A stretch of DNA of 64,000 nucleotides from positions 1,856,001 to 1,920,000 of the forward strand of contig OZ219856.1 of assembly GCA_964291395.2 (NCBI GenBank). The letters are read 5' to 3'. Shown piece by piece: positions 40,979-50,017 of the stretch; positions within the stretch are counted from its first letter, which is position 1, and each line of letters starts with the position of its first letter. The notes beneath the pieces are model-generated. The model was given only the letters and a program-made list of their open reading frames with translations, was not told the DNA's origin and ran no database searches. This DNA comes from Alphaproteobacteria bacterium. GTDB lineage: Bacteria > Pseudomonadota > Alphaproteobacteria > UBA2966. The position numbers and the translations under genes are program-made.

Positions 40979-41520
40979 AACAGGTCCGCCTGGGCCGTCG
41001 GGTAGTGCACGGTGCGGTCGGGCCGGATCACGGCATCCCCGTCCAGTTCCGCCGGCTCGACGCGGCCCGGCGCCACGATATGCCGCACCTCGGTGCCCGC
41101 GGCCAGAAGGTGATCGGCGATGATACGCCGGTGACACTGCCGCCACGCCTTCTCCGCACACATCACCGCGCAGGCATCGACATCCGATCGGGCGACGAGG
41201 GCGACGAGCGCCTCGCGAAACGGCGGCGTCAGCGCGTAGTCCGCGTAGTTCCTGAAGGCCGCCACCCGCCACGCGGTGTTGGGCGAGGTCTCCGACCCCG
41301 CCTGCTTCGGCCGCCGCCCGCCGAGCGCCCCGGCGTGGCGGTAGCGGATTCCCGCCGTTCCCAGATCGCCGGGCAACGCGTCGACGTCGAATTGCGGATT
41401 GCGGCGCGACCGCGGAAAGCTTCGCACGTCGATCAGCAGTTCCACACCCGCCTCCTCGAGCAGCGCGACGAGCTCGCCGACGCTGCGCGTCGAATGACCG
41501 ATGGTATGAACGACACCCAC
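40975..41520 (-). CDS. DUF488 protein
   Basis: HTIGHSTR, DVRSFPRSRRNPQF, LGGRR, MCAE...CHR. Confidence 0.9.
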   Translation of the reverse strand: MGVVHTIGHSTRSVGELVALLEEAGVELLIDVRSFPRSRRNPQFDVDALPGDLGTAGIRYRHAGALGGRRPKQAGSETSPNTAWRVAAFRNYADYALTPPFREALVALVARSDVDACAVMCAEKAWRQCHRRIIADHLLAAGTEVRHIVAPGRVEPAELDGDAVIRPDRTVHYPTAQADLF

Positions 41521-41550
41521 GCCGTCCTCGAGGTTCCGGGCAGCCGCCGC

Positions 41551-42081
41551 CTAACGGCAGAGGCGGTCGACGTAGTCGGCGCCGAGACCGTTCCCGGCAT
41601 AGTGCTTCTTATACGCCGCAATCCGGGTAAAGACGTCCTCGTAGCCGATCTGACCGCCGTTTTCGTCGACGTAGAGAATCGGGCCCATGTTGTGAAACAA
41701 CGTCTTCATGCGGCCCGCTTCCGGATGCACGACGAGGGTGTGGGTCTCGCCCGCGGGCTCGTAGACGAAGTCGCCCGGCCGGGCGATCCAGTCGCCTTCG
41801 AGATAGCCCCAGGTGCCCTCGAGAGTGTATCCCAGGACGGGCGCCGGGTGCCGGTGACGTCCCACGACGCCCTCGCCCTCGGCCTTGACGATGTTGCACC
41901 AGGTGCCCTGAACGACGTTGAACAGGAGCGGACGGATCCAGACGTTGTCGGCGAGCGGCATCCACACGCGCTCGTCGTCGTCGTCGCATTCATGGAAAAT
42001 CTCCTGCGACGCCTCCCCCGGCAGCGGGATGCTGAGATGCCGGACGTGTTCGAATCCCGCGAGCTTGGCCATCTCGTTCAT
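41551..42081 (-). CDS. 2,4'-dihydroxyacetophenone dioxygenase-like cupin
   Basis: DERVWMP, RHRHPAPVLGYTLEGTWGYLE.DW, YEPAGETHTL. Confidence 0.85.
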   Translation of the reverse strand: MNEMAKLAGFEHVRHLSIPLPGEASQEIFHECDDDDERVWMPLADNVWIRPLLFNVVQGTWCNIVKAEGEGVVGRHRHPAPVLGYTLEGTWGYLEGDWIARPGDFVYEPAGETHTLVVHPEAGRMKTLFHNMGPILYVDENGGQIGYEDVFTRIAAYKKHYAGNGLGADYVDRLCR

Positions 42082-42283
42082 GTCGGCCTCCTGAGCTGAT
42101 TTCGGCGCCTGACGCCGCACGGCGACACTTTACGGCCGCCCTCCCCCGGTTACAACCGCGTGCCGGACCCGGGGCCGGATCCCGGGTCCGACCCCAAATT
42201 GCCTCTGGTGCGGCCCGATCGAAACGGCTAGGAGTCCCACCGGGATCGCCTTCGATCCCGGGGCCATCGAACAGCGAGAGTCC

Positions 42284-43201
42284 GTGACGACACCGACGAA
42301 ATCCGACGGCCAGCTCGAGCGGTCCCTGCTTACCGGCCGGTTCGCCGTGACGGCGGAGATCACGCCGCCTCTCTCGGCCGATCCGGGTTCGATGATCGAG
42401 CGGGCCGTGCCGCTCAAGGGGCTGGTGGACGCCGTCAACGTCACCGAGGGCGCGGGCGCCCGGGCGCACCTGTCCAGTCTCGCCGCGGCGGGCCAACTGG
42501 TCCGGGCCGGGCTCGAGCCGGTGCTGCAGATCAACGGGCGCGACCGCAACAGACTTCTTCTCCAGCGGGACGTCCTGGGCGCCGCCGCCCTCGGCATCCC
42601 CAATCTGCTGGCGTTGCGGGGCGATCCGATTTTCAACGGCGACGAACCGGAAGCCACGGAGGTTCCGGATCTCGGCGCGGCGGACATCGTCCGGATCGCC
42701 GCGCGCATGCGCGACACCGGCACGCTGCCGTCCGGCCGCGGGATCGAGGCGGCTCCGCGCGTCCTCGTGGGCGCGACCGACATGCCCGTGGAGCCGGCCG
42801 TCGGCTGGACCCCGGAGAGCCTGCGGCGGAAGCTCGATGCCGGAGCCGACTTCATCCAGACCCAGTTCTGCTTCGACGCCGGGCTCCTCAAACGGTACAT
42901 GGCCGCCCTCGCCGACGCGGGACTCGGCGGGACGACCGGGTACCTGGTGGGACTCGGCCCCCTGACCTCCGAGCGTCAGGCGCGCTGGCTCGTCGACAAC
43001 CTGTTCGGCACGGTGATTCCCGAACCCGTCATCTCCCATCTCGGCAAGGCGACGGACCCGCGCGGCGAGGGCCGCCGCATCGTCGCGGACCTGGCGCGCG
43101 AAATCGTGGAGATACCGGGCGTCGACGGCGTCCACCTGATGGGGCACCGGGCCGAGGCCGAGTCGGCGGAGATCATCGCCGTTTCGGGCCTCCGGGGTTG
43201 A
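42284..43201 (+). CDS. metF: Methylenetetrahydrofolate reductase
   Basis: TAEITPP, AVNVTE, RDRNR, LRGD, KLDAGADFIQTQFCFD, GVHLM. Confidence 0.85.
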   Translation: MTTPTKSDGQLERSLLTGRFAVTAEITPPLSADPGSMIERAVPLKGLVDAVNVTEGAGARAHLSSLAAAGQLVRAGLEPVLQINGRDRNRLLLQRDVLGAAALGIPNLLALRGDPIFNGDEPEATEVPDLGAADIVRIAARMRDTGTLPSGRGIEAAPRVLVGATDMPVEPAVGWTPESLRRKLDAGADFIQTQFCFDAGLLKRYMAALADAGLGGTTGYLVGLGPLTSERQARWLVDNLFGTVIPEPVISHLGKATDPRGEGRRIVADLAREIVEIPGVDGVHLMGHRAEAESAEIIAVSGLRG

Positions 43202-43235
43202 CGGCGGGCCGGATCGGACAAGGGAAACGACGACG

Positions 43236-44354
43236 GTGCAGACGGACCACGACACGGACGCGCAGGCCTGGCTTCGTCCGAGCGTTCGGGACATCCCGGC
43301 CTACGAAGGGCCGAAGACGGCGGCCGACGTGGACACCGGCAAGGTGCGGCTGCTCCACCTGAACGAGAGCCCGCATCCGCCGTCGCCCAAAGCCATCGAG
43401 GCCATCCGGGATTTCGGCGATCACCTCAACCGCTACCCGGACATCCACGCGCGGGCCCTGGCGGACGCCCTCTCGGCGCGAACGGGAGTACCCGCCGGCC
43501 AGATCATCTTCGGCGCCGGCACCGACGAGCTGGTGCATTTCGTCTGCCAGATCACCACCGGCCCCGGGGACGCCGCGGTCATGCCCTGGCCGACGTTCCC
43601 CCGGTATGCGCTGACGACCCGAATCGGGGGCGGCGAGGCGATCAAGGTGCCCCTCGACGGCGGCGGGGCCAACGACGCGGGCGCCCTGCTCGCCGCGATC
43701 AACAACCGGACGCGCACGGTGTGGTGCTGCACTCCGAACCCGCCGTCCGGCGGCATGATGGACGAGACGGCCCTGCGCCGACTCGCCGAGGGCGTGCCGG
43801 AAAACGTGCTGCTCGCGGTCGACGAGGCCTATCACGAATACGGCCGGCACGCGGGCGGACCGGACGTCCTGGCGGCACTGAAGGGCCGCCGCGGCCCGTG
43901 GCTGGTCTTGCGGACATTTTCCAAGGCCTACGGCCTCGGCGCCGTGCGGGTGGGGTATGCGCTCTGCGGTTCGGCCGAAGTCTCCGACGCGCTGCGCAAG
44001 ACCAGGCTGCAATACGGCGCCAACTCGCCGGGCCAGGCGGCCGCCCTCGCCGCCCTCGGAGACGATGCCTACCTGCAAAAGACCCTGGATCTGATGACCG
44101 CCGAGCGGACGCGGCTCGCCGAAGGCCTCGCGGCCCTGGGTCTGACACCCCTGCCGACCGCGGCGAATTTCGTTTCCGCGGAACTGCCTTGCGACGCCGC
44201 GGTGGTCTCGCGGGCGCTCGCCGAACGCGACATCCTGACGCGGGGCTGGCGCGATCCCGGGCATCCCCGCCACATCCGTATCACCGTGGGCCTGCCCGAG
44301 GACACCGACGCGGTGCTGACGGCCATGAAGGACGTCCTGGAGGATCTGCCTTGA
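43236..44354 (+). CDS. HisC-like PLP aminotransferase (class I/II)
   Basis: LHLNESP, NRYPD, PNPPSG, VDEAY, LRTFSKAYGL..RVGY. Confidence 0.88.
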   Translation: MQTDHDTDAQAWLRPSVRDIPAYEGPKTAADVDTGKVRLLHLNESPHPPSPKAIEAIRDFGDHLNRYPDIHARALADALSARTGVPAGQIIFGAGTDELVHFVCQITTGPGDAAVMPWPTFPRYALTTRIGGGEAIKVPLDGGGANDAGALLAAINNRTRTVWCCTPNPPSGGMMDETALRRLAEGVPENVLLAVDEAYHEYGRHAGGPDVLAALKGRRGPWLVLRTFSKAYGLGAVRVGYALCGSAEVSDALRKTRLQYGANSPGQAAALAALGDDAYLQKTLDLMTAERTRLAEGLAALGLTPLPTAANFVSAELPCDAAVVSRALAERDILTRGWRDPGHPRHIRITVGLPEDTDAVLTAMKDVLEDLP

Positions 44355-44875
44355 CGGCCGCGGACAACAACGGTCCGCTGTCGGGCCGCGCCATCATCCA
44401 CGCGATCAAGGCCGCCGGCGTCGAGTACGTCGTCTCGGTTCCCGACATCGTGACCAGCGACGGCCTGCTGTGGCCGATCTCCCGCGATGCGGACCTCACG
44501 CACATCCGGGTGTGCAAGGAGGACGAGGGCGTATCCATCTGCACGGCGCTCGCCTATTGCGGCAAGCGCGCCCTCCTGCTGATCCAGAACACGGGATTCC
44601 TCGATTCCATCAACGCCATCCGCGCCATCGGCGTGGAATACGACAATCCGCTCTGCATGATGATCGGCCTCCAGGGAAAGGAGCCGGAGGTTCTCCCGAC
44701 CCGATCGAGCAAGGTGAGCGTGCGCATCGTCGAGCCCATGCTCGACGTCATGGGGATCGCGCACCATCTCCTGCAGACGACGGCGAACACCGATGCCATC
44801 GCGCCGGCGATCGAAGCCGCCTACCGGGACGACCATCCCGTGTGCTTCGTCATCGGCCAGAGCCCGAGCGCGTGA
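44351..44875 (+). CDS. TPP-dependent decarboxylase alpha subunit (ComD/phosphonopyruvate decarboxylase-like)
   Basis: TTG overlap with the previous stop; VSVPD, KEDEGVSIC, LIQNTG. Confidence 0.8.
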   Translation: MTAADNNGPLSGRAIIHAIKAAGVEYVVSVPDIVTSDGLLWPISRDADLTHIRVCKEDEGVSICTALAYCGKRALLLIQNTGFLDSINAIRAIGVEYDNPLCMMIGLQGKEPEVLPTRSSKVSVRIVEPMLDVMGIAHHLLQTTANTDAIAPAIEAAYRDDHPVCFVIGQSPSA

Positions 44876-44885
44876 AGGCGTCCCC

Positions 44886-45530
44886 ATGAAACGGATGAAG
44901 CGCGACGCGGCACTGAAGGTCATTGCCCGGCATGCGGGCGACAGCCTCGTGGTCGCGGCGTACCAGGCCGCCTTCGAGTGGATCGTCATCCGCCCGAGCG
45001 ATTGCAACCTCATCGCCACGGGCGCCATGGGCCAAGCCTCCTCGCACGGTCTGGGGCTCGCCATCGGCCGGCCCGACCGCAAGGTCCTCGTGCTGGACGG
45101 CGACGGCAGCCTGCTGATGAACCTCGGCTCCCTCGTGACCATCGCCGAGGTGGCGCCGGCGAACCTCTTCCACTTCGTGTGCAACAACGGCGTCTACGAG
45201 GCCAACGGCGCTCACCCGACGCCGGGCTCCGACACCGTCGATTTTCCCGGACTGGCCCTCGCGGCCGGCTATGGATCGGCGGAGTCCTTCGACAACCTCC
45301 CCGACCTGGAGTCGCGTATCGGCGACGTGCTCGGCGGGCAAGGTCCCGTGCTCATCGACCTCAGGGTCGAGCAGGGCGAGGCCTATCCCCAGGACTACGC
45401 CTACATGCACGGCGCCGAGCACCGGGCCGCCTTCAAGGCCGCCCTTCGCGCCTCCGGGACCGGCACGGCCGCCTCCGACGGCGCGCACGGTCCGCGTCAG
45501 CCGCCGCGCGGGCGGGCCACGACCCGGTGA
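44886..45530 (+). CDS. TPP-dependent decarboxylase beta subunit (ComE-like)
   Basis: GAMGQASSHGLGLA, DGDGSLLMNLG...NNG TPP-binding motif. Confidence 0.85.
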   Translation: MKRMKRDAALKVIARHAGDSLVVAAYQAAFEWIVIRPSDCNLIATGAMGQASSHGLGLAIGRPDRKVLVLDGDGSLLMNLGSLVTIAEVAPANLFHFVCNNGVYEANGAHPTPGSDTVDFPGLALAAGYGSAESFDNLPDLESRIGDVLGGQGPVLIDLRVEQGEAYPQDYAYMHGAEHRAAFKAALRASGTGTAASDGAHGPRQPPRGRATTR

Positions 45531-45551
45531 CGACGGACAGGAAGGATCGAG

Positions 45552-45974
45552 ATGAGCGACGACGTCCCCAGCATCGTGTCGCACGTATCCATCGGCACGA
45601 ACGACTTCGAGCGGGCGATGGCCTTCTACGACGCCGTCATGCCCGCGGTCGGCGCCCGGCGCGTCATGGAGCATCCCGGCGCGGTCGCCTACGGCAAGCA
45701 GTTCCCCGAATTCTGGGTGCAGACCCCGGTCGACGAAACGCCGGCCACCACGGGCAACGGCATCCATTTCGGCTTCATCGCCTCGTCGAAGGAAATGGTG
45801 CGGGCCTTCTACGACGCGGCCATCGCGGCGGGCGCGGCCGACGACGGCGCCCCGGGTCCGCGCCCCCTCTACGGCGAGCCCTATTACGGCTGCTTCGTTC
45901 GCGACCCCGACGGCCACAAGATCGAAGCGGCATATTGGGACACGGAACTCGCGCGGAAGCTCGGCATGGGCTGA
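45552..45974 (+). CDS. VOC/glyoxalase family protein
   Basis: SHVSIGTNDF, GNGIHFGF, GAPGPR, YYGCFVRDPDGHKIE. Confidence 0.9.
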   Translation: MSDDVPSIVSHVSIGTNDFERAMAFYDAVMPAVGARRVMEHPGAVAYGKQFPEFWVQTPVDETPATTGNGIHFGFIASSKEMVRAFYDAAIAAGAADDGAPGPRPLYGEPYYGCFVRDPDGHKIEAAYWDTELARKLGMG

Positions 45975-46118
45975 CTCAGGCCCTCCCCCGCCCGGCCCGG
46001 CTCTCGTAACGGGCGGCGAGGGTATTGGCGCCCAACGCCAAACCCCGCCACTTGGCGATGAACGCGCCCGGCATCATCGCGGGCGGCTCCGGATGCTCCG
46101 TCGCCCGCAGCGAAACGC

Positions 46119-46541
46119 TCACGCGTCCGTCCACGGGTCGATCACGTCGACGCCCGCGTCCGCGAAGTCCCGGACGTTACGCGTCGCCACCGTCATGCCG
46201 CGCGAGCGCGCAATGGCCGCGATCTGACAGTCCGACTGGGAAACCGGACGCCCAGCGGCGCGGCAGGCCGCCGCAATATCGGCGTAGGCGCGCGCCGCAC
46301 CACTATCAAACGGCAGAATCCGACCGGCGAACAGCTCCCCGAGCGTTCGCTCGGCGGCGTCCGCGAGACCTCGCCGCCGCGCACCGTCCGGCAAGACGGC
46401 GATTCCCGTGCGGACCTCCGCTTCCGTGACCGCCGTCACGAACAACTCGCGCGTCGGTTGCTCGTCCATCCAGGAAAGAACCTCCGCGCTCGGCGCGTCG
46501 CGCATCAGTTCGGATACCACGTTCGTGTCCAGCAAGACCAT
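46119..46541 (-). CDS. VapC/FitB PIN toxin
   Basis: LLDTNVVSELMR...DCQIAAIA...ATRNVRDF...IDPW. Confidence 0.93.
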   Translation of the reverse strand: MVLLDTNVVSELMRDAPSAEVLSWMDEQPTRELFVTAVTEAEVRTGIAVLPDGARRRGLADAAERTLGELFAGRILPFDSGAARAYADIAAACRAAGRPVSQSDCQIAAIARSRGMTVATRNVRDFADAGVDVIDPWTDA

Positions 46542-46548
46542 GGCCGTC

Positions 46549-46794
46549 TCAGTCGAAGCTCGGCGGCTCGCGCATCGGGCCGCGCGGCGGCAACTCCAAC
46601 TCGACGCCGCCGAAGGGCCTGAACAGTTCGTGGATCGCCGTTCCGAGACCCTTCTCCGGCACGGCTTGCCGTCCGACCGCCTCGCGCAGGATCAGCCGCA
46701 CTTCCTCTTCCATGGAACGGCCGTTTCCCGCCGCGCGTTTGCGAAGCCGGGTCTTCACGTCGTCGTCGAGATTGCGGATCGTGATGCTCGCCAT
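46549..46794 (-). CDS. FitA-like ribbon-helix-helix antitoxin
   Basis: MASITIRNLDDDVKTRLRKRAAGNGRSMEEEVRLIL; AAGGA RBS. Confidence 0.92.
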   Translation of the reverse strand: MASITIRNLDDDVKTRLRKRAAGNGRSMEEEVRLILREAVGRQAVPEKGLGTAIHELFRPFGGVELELPPRGPMREPPSFD

Positions 46795-46871
46795 GTCCTT
46801 GCTCTCCGTCGGCACATCTAACGGAAGCCTACGCAGTGCTTGCGACGCGATCAAACCGTGGTTTTCCCGCT

Positions 46872-47732
46872 TTACTTCCGACCTATCCGGCGCGATCCGG
46901 CCCGGCTCTCGTAACGGGTGGCGAGGGTATTGGCGCCGACGATCAGGACGGCGCCGAGCCAGGTCCAGACGTCCGGCACCTGCGAAAAGACCAAAAAGCC
47001 GATGACGGTGACGAATATCAGGCGCATGAAGTCGAAAGGCACGATGACCGAGACGTCGGCTGCGCCATAGGCCTTTACCAGGCAGAGCTGGGCGATGGTG
47101 CCCAGCAAACCCGACGCGGCGGCGACCCCGAGGATCTCGGTGGACGGAGTTCGCCAGAACGGCAGGGACATGCCGAGGGTGACCACCGACATGAACAGGG
47201 AGACGTAGAAGACCACGGTGAACGGAGCTTCGGTGGCGCTGAGCCGTCGGGTGATGAGCGCCGAGGCGGCGAAGCCGCACGCCGCCGCAAGCGCCACCAG
47301 CGCCCCGGGCTGCACGATGGCGATGCCGGGCCGGATGATCGCCAGCACCCCGACGAAGCCCGCCAAGACCGCCAACCATCGGGCGCGGGTAACGTCCTCG
47401 CGCAGAATCAACGCTCCGCCCAAGACCGTGAAGATCGGCATGGAAAAGCTGAGGGCCGTCGCCTCGGCCAACGGCACCAGGCTGAGGGCCACGACCCAGA
47501 GGGTGAACCCGAACACGCTCGAACAGCCCCGCGCCAGGTGCAAACCGGGGCGGCGGGTCTTCAGGGCACCGAACCCGGTCCTCAGTATCCACGGACCGAG
47601 GAACAGCAGACCGAAGACGCTTCGCAGGAAGACGGTCTGGAAGGGATGCAGCTCCAGGGTGATGTGACGGAGCATCCCGTCCATCGAGGCGAAGCAGAAC
47701 ATCGCCACGGACATCCACAGCCCGCCCCGCAC
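46872..47732 (-). CDS. DMT/EamA family transporter
   Basis: Ten TM pattern; QTVFLRS, PLAEATAL, VGVLAIIRPG. Confidence 0.88.
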   Translation of the reverse strand: MRGGLWMSVAMFCFASMDGMLRHITLELHPFQTVFLRSVFGLLFLGPWILRTGFGALKTRRPGLHLARGCSSVFGFTLWVVALSLVPLAEATALSFSMPIFTVLGGALILREDVTRARWLAVLAGFVGVLAIIRPGIAIVQPGALVALAAACGFAASALITRRLSATEAPFTVVFYVSLFMSVVTLGMSLPFWRTPSTEILGVAAASGLLGTIAQLCLVKAYGAADVSVIVPFDFMRLIFVTVIGFLVFSQVPDVWTWLGAVLIVGANTLATRYESRAGSRRIGRK

Positions 47733-47795
47733 GGCGGCGGGCAGTCCGGTGCCGCTTACGGTCCGTATCGTCTCCGGCCCCGGGGCGCGGCCTCC

Positions 47796-48662
47796 CTATC
47801 CCAGGCCCATCTGCGCCAGGACGGCCAGGGTCAGGGGATGGCCGGGGTCGGCCAGCCGGTCCGTGACGTCGAAATGGTTGTCGCCGTCCAGCTCCACGTA
47901 TTCGCTCTCGAGGCCGAGATCCCCGCACTTCTCGGCGAAATCCTTCGACTGCCGCCTGAAGGTCTCCGACTCCGCACCGCCGACCGCGCAAAGGACCGGT
48001 CCATTGAAATGCAACGGCAGGTATTGCGGGCTGCAGGCCGCCGCATCCTCGGCGGTCAGACGGATGTCCTTCTGCAGGTCGCTGTGGCGATGGGGCTCGA
48101 TGTCGAACAGGCCGCTGAGCGGTACGGCCCCGCGGATCAGATCCGCCGGCAGGCCGTGGTCGGCCGACCAGTCGGTCGCCATCATCATGCCGGTCAGGTG
48201 CCCGCCGGCGGAATGGCCGCACACGTGAATGCGCCCCGGATCGCCGTTGTGATCCGCGATGTTGTCGAAGGTCCAGATCAGCGCCCTGCGGACCTGCTCC
48301 ACGATGTCCGGGACCGCGACGCCGGGGCAGAGCTCGTACTCGGGCGTCACCGCCGCGCCGCCGGCGGCGACCACGGGCTCCACGCACTCGCTATAGACGC
48401 TCTTCTCGAGCGCGCGCCAGTAGCCGCCGTGGATGAAGAAGAACACCGGCGCCCCGGGCCGGGCTGCGGGAAAGACGTCGAGGACCTGCCGCGGCGTGTC
48501 TCCATAGGGGACATCCAGATGACAGGGCAGACGTTCGCGGGCTGCGGCGCTGCGCTCGGCCCCCTTCGCCAGATGTCCGTCGACATCGGGCACGGTGAGG
48601 CGCGGCAACAGCTCGAGGTCGAGCTGCCGGCGCTCGGCCTCGGTCATGTTCTCGTAGTCCAT
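47796..48662 (-). CDS. Alpha/beta hydrolase, arylformamidase-like
   Basis: FIHGGYWR, GHSAGGHL, NHF. Confidence 0.88.
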   Translation of the reverse strand: MDYENMTEAERRQLDLELLPRLTVPDVDGHLAKGAERSAAARERLPCHLDVPYGDTPRQVLDVFPAARPGAPVFFFIHGGYWRALEKSVYSECVEPVVAAGGAAVTPEYELCPGVAVPDIVEQVRRALIWTFDNIADHNGDPGRIHVCGHSAGGHLTGMMMATDWSADHGLPADLIRGAVPLSGLFDIEPHRHSDLQKDIRLTAEDAAACSPQYLPLHFNGPVLCAVGGAESETFRRQSKDFAEKCGDLGLESEYVELDGDNHFDVTDRLADPGHPLTLAVLAQMGLG

Positions 48663-48892
48663 GGCATCTCCCCGTCAAACCACCGAGGCACGGAGGCGCC
48701 CCGCATGCGGCCGGATCGGCTCGTTCCCGGTCCACCTTAGGTGATGATTCACGTTTGTTCCATTTCTCGGGCACGCGATGCCCGAAAAAGGACGCCGAAC
48801 GGAACCTTCCACGCCAACCGGTCCGACGCCGGCATCATCGCCTCTGTGTCCGCGGGGCTCCGTGGTTCATAATCCGCCGGGGAGGAACGAAC

Positions 48893-49957
48893 ATGACCTA
48901 CACCTTCGGCGTCATGCCGGGCGACGACATCGGACCCGAGGTGGTCCCGGAAGCGCTGCGGGTCGCCCGCGCGGCGCTCGACAAGGCCGGCGTCGACGCG
49001 ACATGGGAGGACCTGCCGGTCGGCTGGGCCGCCTACCAGGAGCTCGGCACCACCATGCCCGAAGACACCATCCCGCGGCTCCGGGAAATGGACGGCTGCG
49101 TGCTCGGCCCCATCGGCCACCGCGCCTATCCGCGGGACGATCCCAAGGCCATCCGCCCGGTGCCGGTGATGCGAAAGCAGATGGACCTCTACATGAGCGT
49201 GCGGCCGGCCAAGTCCTACCCTTCCCTGACCTCTCTCCACCAGGACGTCGATCTCGCTATCGTTCGGGAGAACTCCGAGGGCTTTCCGCCCGACCGGAAC
49301 ATGGTCATGGGCTCCGGCGAGTTTCGGCCGACCGAGGACGTGACGCTCTCGGTCCGGGTGATCACGCGCCGGGCGAGCGAGCGTATCGCCCGCGCCGCCT
49401 TCGAGGTGGCCCGCGCCCGGCCCGCCAGGCACGTCACCGCCGTGCACAAGGACACGGTGTTCATGCTGAGCTGCGGCATGTTCGCCGAGGAGTGCCGCAA
49501 GGTCGCCGCCGAGTACCCGGACATCGCCTTCGACGAGGTCATGGTCGACAGCTTCGCCGCTCACCTCGTCATGAAGCCCCAGCAGTTCGACACGATCTGC
49601 ATCACCAATACCTTCGGCGACATCATGGTGGACCTCGCCTCGGGCCTCGTCGGCGGCATGGGCATGGCGCCCGCCATTTCGGCGAGCGACTCCTTCGTCA
49701 TGGCCCAGGCCAGCCACGGCTCGGCACCGGACATCGCCGGCCGGGGCATCGCCAATCCCTACGCCGAGATCATGTCGATGGCGATGATGTTCGAGCACCT
49801 CGGCCGCACGCGCTCCGACGCGGGTATGAGCAAGGCCGCCCGGCTCGTCGAAGGCGCCGTGGAAGGCGTCATCGCGGACGGCGCGCCGCTGACGCCGGAT
49901 CTCGGCGGCACGGCTTCGACGTCGGAAATGGGCGCCGCCATCGCCGCCTCCGTATAA
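48893..49957 (+). CDS. Isocitrate/isopropylmalate/tartrate dehydrogenase family
   Basis: PGDDIGPEV, VRENSEG, NTFGDI, HGSAPDIAG. Confidence 0.9.
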   Translation: MTYTFGVMPGDDIGPEVVPEALRVARAALDKAGVDATWEDLPVGWAAYQELGTTMPEDTIPRLREMDGCVLGPIGHRAYPRDDPKAIRPVPVMRKQMDLYMSVRPAKSYPSLTSLHQDVDLAIVRENSEGFPPDRNMVMGSGEFRPTEDVTLSVRVITRRASERIARAAFEVARARPARHVTAVHKDTVFMLSCGMFAEECRKVAAEYPDIAFDEVMVDSFAAHLVMKPQQFDTICITNTFGDIMVDLASGLVGGMGMAPAISASDSFVMAQASHGSAPDIAGRGIANPYAEIMSMAMMFEHLGRTRSDAGMSKAARLVEGAVEGVIADGAPLTPDLGGTASTSEMGAAIAASV

Positions 49958-50017
49958 TCGAACCACGGACAGCAACCGAATTCATCGGAAACATCCACGA
50001 CGGGGAGACGCACCTTC

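Larger units (their letters stand above)
45992..46937. repeat. 41-bp direct repeat (45992-46032 / 46897-46937) duplicating the DMT gene 3' end around fitAB
   Basis: CCGGCCCGGCTCTCGTAACGGG(C/T)GGCGAGGGTATTGGCGCC, 1 mismatch. Confidence 0.88.
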
